NCBI RefSeq assembly: GCF_006345805.1 | Contig: NW_021823885.1 | Coordinates: 1 to 20,862 of the forward strand | DNA: 20,862 nucleotides | Source: Octopus sinensis | Lineage: Eukaryota | Direction of reading: 5' to 3' | Part shown: one piece after another, positions 1 to 8,069 of the stretch | Layout: every line of letters begins with the position of its first letter | How positions within the stretch are numbered: the stretch's first letter is position 1 | The notes under the pieces: generated by a model | Database searches by the model: none | Told to the model about the DNA's origin: nothing | The model's input: only the letters and a program-made list of their open reading frames with translations | Position numbers and translations under genes: made by a program

Positions 1-445
1 AAACCGGCATATCCGGCCAAAATGTTCTACATGCTTTATGTTCAAATTGGCCAAATCCAGTTTCTAACAGCTCTCATACAATCATCATCACCATTTAGCG
101 TCTGCTTTCCATGCTAGCATGGGTTGGACGGTTCAACTGGGGTCTGTGAAGCCAGAAGGCTGCATCAGGTCCAGTCTGATCTGGCAGTGTTTCTACGGCT
201 GGATGCCCTTCCTAACGCCAACCACTCCGTGAGTGTAGTGGGTGCTTTTTACGTGCCACCCGCACAGGTGCCAGACGGAGCTGGCAAACGGCCACGAACG
301 GATGGTGCTTTTACAATGTCATACTAAAAGCAAACAATCGCTTCATTGAAATCTCAAAGTTACAAGACAATGCATGATTAATTCAAAAGAATGTGAAGAA
401 ATAAATATTATATTTACCAGAATAATCTGAATGCTAAAGGGTTAA
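1..445 (+). mobile_element. TTAA-ended (piggyBac-like) MITE 'A', left end outside the window, interrupted by an insertion at 83-311
   Basis: Ends in ...GCTAAAGGG|TTAA (TTAA at 442-445). Bases 1-30 match the reverse complement of a fragment at 9158-9206. CCC/GGG termini with TTAA targets are typical of the piggyBac superfamily. Confidence 0.55.
83..311 (-). mobile_element. 5'-truncated SINE/LINE-derived retroelement with RTE-type (TGA)n tail
   Basis: (TCA)n tail at 82-90 on the + strand. Near-identical to 16412-16650 (about 7 differences in about 225 nt). Flanked by the direct repeat TACAAT (77-82 and 312-317), a probable target-site duplication. Confidence 0.75.
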
Positions 446-510
446 AGGGATCTAAATTAAAACCTTTTACGTCAAAATTTCATGCTAATTTTGTTTCAAA
501 CACCTGCTTC
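446..510 (+). mobile_element. Internal segment of TTAA-ended MITE 'B' (continues at about 1035-1067 and 1514-1555)
   Basis: Matches 10804-10868. A right end ...GGTAACAAAAGGG|TTAA lies at 1539-1555, and its reverse complement matches 10752-10768 at 13 of 17 positions. Confidence 0.5.
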
Positions 511-1034
511 GGAGACAAACACTTTCCTCTCTGGTCAATCTCTCATCAACTTCTTCAAGTATCACTTGAAAAGGAAAGTGAAAGTAGAGAGGCAAGATTT
601 GTCTAGCGAATGTTTCAAAAAAAGATGGGTGAATGTAGCAAAGATGGCACATATGAATGACGAAGCCACCTTGAGCATAATCCTATGAACCCAGAAAAAT
701 TTTAAACAGAGGGTTACCTACTTGCAAACAAATGTCGTGACATGTAACATTATTGACCGATGTTATCATGGGCTTTTCCGTAGGCTTTTCTTTCCATGGA
801 TAAACCTTATCTGCTTCCCCCTTTACACTTTACATCATGACATTTCTGTGATACATGATCCCTATTGATTGCTTTTTTCTTTTTCTCTTTCCTTTTTTTT
901 TTCTCTTTCCCTTTTACGATCCTTTTTGATCAAAAACCTACCCCACTTATTTTTTTTCTTTTCTCCCCAAAAAGAAAAGCTCTACTTTGTAATCTGTCCC
1001 ATTTGTGTGCAGCTCCATGTGGCTAATAAAGAAA
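511..1034 (+). mobile_element. 3' fragment of an L1/Tx1-like LINE: ORF2 C-terminus (512-688), 3' UTR and poly(A) signal
   Basis: Open frame ETNTFLSGQSLINFFKYHLKRKVKVERQDLSSECFKKRWVNVAKMAHMNDEATLSIIL* resembles the F-K/R-x-x-L-K-x-R/K...E...F...W tail of L1/Tx1 ORF2 (recognised from memory). It is followed by a pyrimidine-rich UTR and AATAAA at 1025-1030. Second partial copy at 10869-11012. Confidence 0.55.
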
Positions 1035-1069
1035 CATATTTTATTAAATCCTTAATTATTTTCGAAAGT

Positions 1070-1513
1070 GGCGCAGGAGTGGCTGTGTGGTAAGTAGCTT
1101 GCTAACCAACCACATGGTTCCGGGTTCAGTCCCACTGCGTGGCATCTTGGGCAAGTGTCTTCTGCTATAGCCCCAGGCCGACCAATGCCTTGTGAGTGGA
1201 TTTGGTAGACGGAAACTGAAAGAAGCCTGTCGTATATATATATATATATATATATATATACTATATATAATATATATATATATGTATGTGTGTGTGTGTT
1301 TGTGTGTCTGTGTTTGTCCCCCTAGCATTGCTTGACAACCGATGCTGGTGTGTTTACATACCTGTCACTTAGCAGTTCGGCAAAAAGAGACCGATAGAAT
1401 AAGTACTGGGCTTACAAAAAGAATAAGTCCCGGGGTCGATTTGCTCGACTAAAGGCAGTGCTCCAGCATGGCCGCAGTCAAATGACTGAAACAAGTAAAA
1501 GAGTAAAGAGTAA
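1070..1513 (+). mobile_element. Full-length tRNA-derived SINE S1 with CORE-like segment and internal (TA)n(TG)n microsatellite
   Basis: A-box-like TGGCTGTGTGG at 1080-1090 and B-box-like GGTTCAGTCCC at 1123-1133. CORE-like CTTGGGCAAGTGTCTT follows. Internal TA/TG tract at about 1233-1300 and (AAAGAGT)n-like tail. Homologous copies at 16935-17229, 18722-19105, 19143-19298, 11325-11480 and 4055-4160. Confidence 0.85.
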
Positions 1514-1958
1514 GGGCAGTATATTTCAACAGAAATATGGTAACAAAAGGGTTAAAGCGTCTTTTACTTCACTGAAGGTAGGTGGGTCATTAACAAAGCG
1601 TTCTATTAAAATTTGAAGAGTGTGATCTAAAAGAAACTAACCAATATTTGATAAGTAATTTTGCAGATCACAATAGTATTCTTTCCACAGTTGAAGGATA
1701 ATAAATATTCTGCCATCCTTAACCCCCATGGGAGCATCAACAAATTGATAGAGAATTAGAAACTTATAAGAAATTATATCTCCTTAATATCCATTTGGAA
1801 AATCATAAGCACTGTCAAACTATCAAATAGTTTGCATGTTTCTAATTCCCTTCTGGATCTTTGACTTTATCGTTCTATATCAACTCAGTAACTTCATATT
1901 GACAATTGCTTATGCAGAATGCTTAACATGGATAATAAGCTTTGTTATTTATTTATTA

Positions 1959-2351
1959 CTAGCAGTATCGCCCGGCGTTGCTCGGGTTTGTAAGGGAAAT
2001 AACTATATAAGCATTTCTAGAGATGTAAAGTATAATAGCCATCTCAATATGGTTAACCACAAAGGGGGGGTGTTACTGTAGCTTTTTACGTTATGAGATT
2101 TAATAATAAATTTTTAGAGAGTTACTTCCCTTATATATACCAAAAATGCATTAAAAATGGGAAAAATTGATAGTAAATATTTTTTTAAATCGTAGACTCA
2201 TCGTAGACGCGCGCTAATACCCAGAAGGGCTTGATATGAATCACGACTATAAGATACCCGGATTTGGTTAAACTGCACCGCAAAATGTGGGAGTAGTTAG
2301 GAATCTAAATTGTAGGAGACAGACACACAACCTCTCTTTTATATATAAAGA
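1959..2351 (-). mobile_element. Non-autonomous Helitron, family H1, long form (393 bp)
   Basis: On the minus strand it starts A|TCTTTATATATAAAAG and ends CCCGAGCAACGCCGGG-CGATACTG-CTAG|T: 5' TC, subterminal hairpin, 3' CTAG, inserted between A and T with no target-site duplication. Confidence 0.88.
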
Positions 2352-2360
2352 TTATTATTA

Positions 2361-2392
<32 letters not shown>
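2352..2392. repeat. (ATT)n microsatellite
   Basis: Direct inspection. Confidence 0.95.
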
Positions 2393-2535
2393 GAAAGGCA
2401 GTGAGCTGGCATAATCATTAGAATGCTTACTGACATTTTATTAATCTTTACGTTTCTGAGGTCAAATTCTGCCGAGGTCGTCATTGCTTTTCATCCTTTC
2501 AGGGTTGATAAAATAAATACTAGTTGAGCACTGGG
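2393..2535 (+). mobile_element. Older diverged SINE S2-related copy
   Basis: GGCAGTGAGCTGGCA head, GAGGTCAAATTC B-box-like motif and TTTTCATCCTTTCAGGGTTGATAAAATAAATACTAG core match S2 copies. Confidence 0.7.
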
Positions 2536-2746
2536 GAGGGAGAGGTCAATGTAACCAACGAGGCCCCCCCCCACCCTCTTCCAACGTTGCTGGTCTTGTG
2601 CAAAAATCTGGAGCTATTATTATCATTATCATTGCTATTACTACTACTACTACTATCACCACCACCATCACCACAAAATAAGTCCTCAACACTTCTGTTG
2701 AAATTTGGTAAAACTTAATTTTGAAGGCATCCTATTCATTAGTATC

Positions 2747-2981
2747 TATTTCTTTACTACCCACAAGGGGCTAAACACAGAGAGGACAAACAAGGGCAGA
2801 CAAACGGATAAAGTCGATTATATCGACCCCAGTGCGTAACTGGTACTTATTTAATCGACCCCGAAAGGATGAAAGGTAAAGTCAACCTTGGCGGAATTTG
2901 AACTCAGAACGTAACGGCAGACGAAATACGGGTACGCATTTCGCCCGGTGTGCTAATGTTTCTGCCAGCTCGCCGCCTGAG
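2747..2981 (-). mobile_element. tRNA-derived SINE S2 monomer with 15-bp target-site duplication
   Basis: Minus strand reads AGGCGGCGAGCTGGCAGAAAC...GAGTTCAAATTCC...CCTTTCATCCTTTCGGGGTCG...TAAAGAAATA. Flanks CTATTCATTAGTATC (2732-2746) and CTATTTATTAGTATC (2982-2996). The central CCTTTCATCCTTTCGGGGTCGATAAA..AGTACCAG segment resembles the conserved central domain of Meta/Sauria-type SINEs (from memory, unverified). Confidence 0.88.
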
Positions 2982-3498
2982 CTATTTATTAGTATCCTCC
3001 AATGAGTTAATGGCTTGCCTTACTTCTTTATGATGGTGTATGGGGAAAAAGCATTAACATGGTGAAAAATGGTGTTTTATGACTCACAGATTTCAGAACA
3101 CCTTAAAGTTTTCAAATTTCTTGATATCTGACCAAGAAATGCATTTTCTTTTTAATGGATAAACAGGTCCAATACAGAAAATAGGCCTTTTTGTGAAAAC
3201 AGTGTTAGAAGTTGAGACACATCTGAGAACTAAATACTTTCTCTAACTTTAGCCTTTTTTCATTCATAAAATGCATAGGACACACTGGTATGTGATATCA
3301 TTCACTTTGAGGGAGTAAACTGACCTGAAACATGACTTGTGAATACCCATTGCATGGAACCAAAGTTCAAATTTTTTTCCAACATTGAACCATGAAAGCA
3401 CTTATAAAAAACACTTTTTCACGATATACTTCTAGATGTATAACTATTAAAAAGTGAAACTTGATGTAGGAATCTATTTCTTCACCACTTTGACTGAG

Positions 3499-3534
<36 letters not shown>

Positions 3535-3599
3535 ACCGCTTGTGTACCGTTGGCGATTTTTTTCCCTCTGTCTTCCCTTCTCTGGATCTTTCCTTCTAT

Positions 3600-3634
3600 G
3601 TTTCCGACGAAGAGCTCCGCTCGAAACGTTATGC
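3600..3634 (+). ncRNA. Minimal type I hammerhead-ribozyme-like motif (variant core), copy 1
   Basis: GUUU-CCGACGA-A-GAGC(UCC)GCUC-GAAA-CGU-U-AUGC. Core differs from CUGANGA by U4C, has an extra A before stem II, a palindromic ACGU stem III and an imperfect stem I. Confidence 0.5.
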
Positions 3635-3716
3635 TTTCCTTCTTTCCTGAGCATCCAATAATACTATATTTGTTACACATCCTTGCGTTGTTTTTTGTGC
3701 TTTCATATTTGGATTA

Positions 3717-3778
<62 letters not shown>

Positions 3779-3848
3779 AGACTGCATGTGTACTGTTGGC
3801 GATTTTTTTTCCTCTGTCTTCCCTTCTCTGGATCTTTCCTTCTCCTAT

Positions 3849-3883
3849 GTTTCCGACGAAGAGCTCCGCTCGAAACGTTATAC
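3849..3883 (+). ncRNA. Minimal type I hammerhead-ribozyme-like motif (variant core), copy 2
   Basis: GUUU-CCGACGA-A-GAGC(UCC)GCUC-GAAA-CGU-U-AUAC. Stem I pairs at 3 of 4 positions. Confidence 0.5.
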
Positions 3884-4054
3884 TTTCCTTCTTTCCTGAC
3901 CGTCCAATAATACTATATTTGTTCCACGTCCTCGAGTTGTTATGTTTTTTTGTGCTTTCATGTTTGGATTAACTATATATATATAAATATGTGTGTGTGT
4001 GTTTGTTTTCAAACAAGCTTGTTTCAGATTCCGCCTACCTCCTCCACTAACGTA

Positions 4055-4160
4055 AAATACACTTACCAAGGCACCACAGTGGGAGTGAACCTCAAGTAGT
4101 GTAGTTGAGAAGCAAGGTGCCACATGAGAAGCAAACTTTCTAACCACACCACAAACTTCC
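4055..4160 (-). mobile_element. Degraded S1 SINE head fragment
   Basis: ACACTTACCAAGGCACCACAGTGGGAGTGAACC aligns with ACACTTGCCCAAGGTGCCACGCAATGGGACTGAACCC of the S1 copy at about 19048-19085. Confidence 0.6.
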
Positions 4161-4224
4161 TAACTTCCTACATGTGCGTGCATACATGTGTGTCTGTTGT
4201 GCATGATACACATGACCTAGTGGC

Positions 4225-4530
4225 TATATATATATATATATATATACATATATACATATATATACATATATACATATATACATATACATATACACATATA
4301 TACATATACATATACACATATACATATACACATATATACATATACACATATACACATATACACATACATATATATATACATATATATACATATACATATA
4401 TATATATATATACATATATATACATATATACATATATATACATATATACATATATATACATATATATTATATATATACATATATATACATATATATAGAT
4501 ATACACACACACACATACATACATGCACAT
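4225..4530. repeat. Long compound (TA)/(TACA)/(CA) alternating purine-pyrimidine microsatellite
   Basis: Direct inspection. It generates the Y/I/H/T and C/V/Y/M pseudo-ORFs at 4124-4584. Confidence 0.95.
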
Positions 4531-4604
4531 ACTGGCATATGGCAGTACAGAGTTAAGGAAGTGACCATGCATGTACACACACATATATACATACTGTAAA
4601 CGAA

Positions 4605-5185
4605 TCTCTTATTATAAAAGGCAGATTTTATCTGCCTCCCTTTGTAAGTTATAGAAATCTACAATATAGGATTTCTTCAATTACAATTTACCTAGCATTT
4701 TTAAGAGTAGAATGCATCGGGTCATGCCAGGTCCGGTTTTTAAAATTTCAACCCCAATTAAGCAAAATTTAGAGAAAACTCACATTCTGGTGTATATGTC
4801 AAATGTTTTTCTTAATGTGGGATACACCACACGCAAACGCACACACACACAAAGGGAGCGACTGTTTCACTGACGCTATCACCCTTCTCCTCCTTTGTCT
4901 TTGCAAGTTTGCAGCTATTAAAGTGAAAACAGTGAATCCGACAGCGATTAAGAAATGAATTGGTACCTGAAATGGAGTGAAAATTTAAAAACTGTTTCTT
5001 TCGGTGATTTTTCTGAAGAAACTGCACCAAGCCACAGACTTTCCCAGAAGAGTATAAGCCTTAACTATTTCTTTTTACTTTTTCGAATGAGCCTATTTGA
5101 AATCATTACGCTAAAAAACGTAAACAAAGCGAAAGAAAGGATAGTTTGTTATTTCCCACAACCTTAAATTAAATTAAGGCCTATT
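4605..5185 (+). mobile_element. Possible Helitron-like element, 5' end only; right boundary uncertain
   Basis: Begins A|TCTCTTATTATAAAAG, similar to the H1 5' end A|TCTTTATATATAAAAG. No hairpin+CTAG 3' end was found. Confidence 0.35.
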
Positions 5186-5189
5186 TTGC

Positions 5190-5563
5190 CATAAATATTA
5201 TTATTATGGTATCAGAAAGTTACCCAGAATACCATTCTATCGTAAAATTTTTTGTATACCCAATTGAATATTAGCTAATAACCCATTTTCTATAGCGATG
5301 TTTGAACAAAATTTTTATAATTTTATATATTGTTGAATTTACCTGTATCTACCTGCAATTAGAGTCACTTTGTGACAAAAATATAGTATAGAATTGGTTG
5401 AGAACATTTCACTAAATATCTTCCAAAAATCAGATTAATATATTCATAAATAAAAAAGTTATAGTTGTTTTATGAAACCAGACTAAATTTATGATTACGT
5501 TAGAATTAATTGAAACACATCAGGGGTGTAATTTGGTCAGAATATTAGTAACGAAAGGGTTAA
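5190..5563 (+). mobile_element. TTAA-ended MITE fragment (right end); left boundary approximate
   Basis: Ends AGTAACGAAAGGG|TTAA (TTAA at 5560-5563), similar to the end at 1539-1555. No matching left terminal repeat seen. Confidence 0.45.
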
Positions 5564-5668
5564 GAAAAACCAAAATAATTTATTCTTTATAAATGTTGTA
5601 TTCAAAATAACATTTTCTTTTAAGAATGTGTATATAACAAAGTATGTGTATATAACTACGTGACCATA

Positions 5669-6078
5669 TCTTTATATATGAGTGAAGTTGTGTGTCTGTC
5701 TCCTACGATTTAGATTCCTAACTACTCCCACATTTTGCGGTGCAGTGTAACCAAAACCGGGTATCTTATAGTCATGAGTCATATCGAGCCCTTCTGGGTA
5801 TTAGTGCGCGTCTACGATGATCTAATGAGTCTAATACGATTTAAAAAAAAATTTACCATCATATTTTTTTCCATTTTAATGCATTTTTTTCGCTATTATA
5901 TAAGGGAAGTAACTCTCTAAAAATATCTATGATGTGTCAACGATTTAAAAGAAATTTACCTTAATTTTTTTTCCATTTTAATGCATTTTTTTTCCTATTT
6001 TTTTGGCTATAACTCTCTAAAAATGCTTATATAGTTATTTCCCTTACAAACCCGAGCAACGCCGGGCGATACTGCTAG
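5669..6078 (+). mobile_element. Non-autonomous Helitron H1 variant with internal duplication (410 bp)
   Basis: A|TC at 5668/5669 and hairpin + CTAG|T at 6075-6079. Lacks the 97-bp internal segment of the long form and carries a second copy of the ACGATTTAAAA...TTTTAATGCATTTT block. Confidence 0.88.
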
Positions 6079-6435
6079 TGTACAATAAAAATATCTACAT
6101 CACAAAAACAGATTGTTACCAAAGTGGCATTTTTTTAAAAATTCCATTGCAAAACTTTGCTTTACTTTGTTGCTATGTTATGTTTGTTTTTCATTTGTTT
6201 TGTGATTATTGTTTATGATTCTTATTGTTGTTGTTATTGTTGTTGCTGTTTCTCTTTTCAGCTTCAGTTATTCCTCTCCAATACTTCTGTTATATTTTCA
6301 CTTATTTTTTTTTTTGATTTTTTTTCCTTTTCTTGTGTTTTTCATAATTGGTCCTTTTAGCCTTGGCTTCTCTATTTCTTTTTCGATATTTTCACACTCT
6401 GTCTGGTCATCATAATTCAATGGCAACATATTTCA

Positions 6436-6742
6436 TAATAATAAATAAGAATAAGAATAAGAAGAATAAGAATAAAAGAATAGAGAATAAGAAGAAGAAG
6501 AAGAAGAAGAAAAGAAGAAGAGAATGAAGAAGAAGAAGAAAGAAGAAGAAGAGAATAAGAAGAAGAGAAAAAGAGAAGAAAAGAAGAAGACGAAGAAGAA
6601 GAAAAGAAGAAAAGAAGAAGAAGAAGAGAAAGAGAAGAAGAAGAAGAAGAGAGAAGAAGAAAAGAAGAAGAAGAGAAGATAAGAAGAAGAAGAAAGAGAA
6701 GAAAGAGAAGAAGGAGAAGAAGAAAGAGAAGAAGAAAGAGAA
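6436..6742. repeat. Long degenerate (GAA)n/(GAGAA) purine tract
   Basis: Direct inspection. Source of the poly-L/S/F pseudo-ORFs on the minus strand. Confidence 0.95.
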
Positions 6743-6939
6743 GCAGCAGCAACAGCAAATGTGGCCACCAAAACAGGTATTTCAAAAAATGTTTTGTCTG
6801 CAGCTTTGTCTTCTCAGTCTTCTTTGGGGACAACCTGCTAATTAACTTTGATGTCTAACGACTATTATTACCACCACTGCTGACTTATTATCAAAAGCAT
6901 AGATTTGAACCATTGAAATCGACAAGTTTTTTCCTTTGC

Positions 6940-7090
6940 TCTCTGTTTATTTTCTCTAATTCCTTTCTGTTGAAGAGCGTAGGCTCGAAACGTAAAAGAC
7001 TTTTTCATTTTTCCTTAGTGTCAAGCTAATATACTTGCTTATTGTTCATGCACCTGTCTTCATCTTTTGTTTTACTATAAATTTCAGCTA
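6940..7090 (+). mobile_element. Penelope-like fragment (family with GUAG loop) carrying a hammerhead-like motif at 6963-6998, ending at (TA)n
   Basis: CUUU-CUGUUGA-A-GAGC(GUAG)GCUC-GAAA-CGU-A-AAAG: perfect 4-bp stem I and 4-bp stem II, GUA triplet, A6U core change. Homologous to 19299-19452. Confidence 0.6.
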
Positions 7091-7096
7091 CATATA

Positions 7097-7134
<38 letters not shown>

Positions 7135-7135
<1 letters not shown>

Positions 7136-7395
7136 TAGCAGTATCACCCGGTGTTCCTTGGGTTTGTTTCGACCCTTTAGAATTGGAATTTTTGAAAAGT
7201 AAAAGTTTTGCATTATGCAACTTGTTATTCTCTTCAAGTGAACATTTTTCCAGTTGAAATACACCGAAAAATGGTGACACAGCAGTCAAAAAATCGTTAA
7301 AAATAGGGATTTTCATAGGAAAAAAACACCTTTTTGATGTAAATAATTTTTGGTATTAACATGGTCCGATTTGAATTTTATCTCCTACGGAATTT
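7135..7395 (-). mobile_element. Helitron 3' end shared with H1 but joined to a different body; 5'-truncated
   Basis: Plus strand A-CTAG-CAGTATCACCCGGTGTTCCTTGGGTTTGT matches the H1 terminus for about 35 nt and then diverges completely. Confidence 0.6.
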
Positions 7396-7401
7396 CATCT
7401 T

Positions 7402-7427
7402 CTCTGAGTTTCACGTGAAACTCAGAG
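7402..7427. repeat. Perfect 26-bp palindrome CTCTGAGTTTCACGTGAAACTCAGAG
   Basis: CTCTGAGTTTCAC is the exact reverse complement of GTGAAACTCAGAG, with no spacer. Confidence 0.95.
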
Positions 7428-7536
7428 TAACAGGTTTTGTAGAATTTTCTGCTGCTTTAAATAAAGCATATTACTCTACCACTGGTATTTGAGTACTCTT
7501 TTTTTCCACCTTGTTTCACATTTATGTGTTTACTCC

Positions 7537-7567
<31 letters not shown>

Positions 7568-7572
<5 letters not shown>

Positions 7573-7850
7573 AGATAAGAAAATGGAGAAATACATCTAA
7601 ATCAAATATCGATTACACGATAATACTCAATCACATACTTTATTAAACCACCACATAAGAGACTGTAGGGTTAAATATAAAATGCAGAACAAATCAGTTA
7701 TGTACATTCCTTTCTGTACCCTGACTTGTTCTGCATTTTATATTTAACCCTACAGTCTCTTATGTGGTGGTTTAATAAAGTATGTGATTGAGTATCATCG
7801 TGTAATCGATATTTGATTTAGATGTATTTCTCCATTTTCTTATCTTGTAT
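7568..7850. repeat. Long inverted repeat: 130-bp arms (7568-7697 and 7721-7850), 23-nt spacer, 2 mismatches
   Basis: Base-by-base comparison. The left arm has A at two positions where the reverse complement of the right arm has G. Confidence 0.95.
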
Positions 7851-8018
7851 TAGTAATTTGTGGTAAATCATTTTACCTTTGCCCATATAATACAGTAAAT
7901 GAATTGATTGCATCGCAATCATTAACATTTATGTATTAACTTTGTTGGGTACTTCACTAGCAGTATATTGGATATATGTTATCCCATAGAGGGTTGCATT
8001 TACAACCCTATCTGAATT

Positions 8019-8069
<51 letters not shown>

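Larger units (their letters stand above)
3535..3974 (+). mobile_element. Tandem dimer of a ~190-nt Penelope-like/retrozyme-like unit separated by (TA)n(TG)n, period 249 nt
   Basis: 3535-3720 and 3781-3974 are highly similar direct repeats. Each is flanked by TA/TG tracts and contains CCGACGAAGAGCTCCGCTCGAAACGTTA. Confidence 0.7.

Noticed and set aside
124-327. Near-identical ORFs at 124-327 and 16461-16904 (MDGST..CEARRLHQ..)
   Set aside because: Antisense readings of two copies of the same RTE-tail retroelement. Similarity reflects repeat identity; both start at TTG and run out into flanking sequence.
1070-1145. tRNA-like sequences at S1 and S2 heads
   Set aside because: A and B boxes are present, but I could not fold a complete cloverleaf and each head continues into a SINE body. 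Treated as SINE heads rather than tRNA genes.
4124-4584. Overlapping 75-138 aa ORFs rich in Y/I/H/T/C/V/M
   Set aside because: Translations of a TA/CA microsatellite. The same applies to the ORFs at 3367-3972, 15428-15649, 18408-19135 and 20417-20727.
5664-5670. Shared CCATA flank upstream of the Helitrons at 5669 and 9567 as an extended target preference
   Set aside because: The other two complete copies have different flanks, and a 5-nt match in two of four sites is not enough evidence.
6417-6833. Poly-Leu/Ser/Phe ORFs, and a plus-strand AAATANVATKTGISKNVLSAALSSQSSLGTTC* stretch after the GAA tract
   Set aside because: Derived from the (GAA)n repeat. The short plus-strand frame has no acceptor or start and is within chance expectation.
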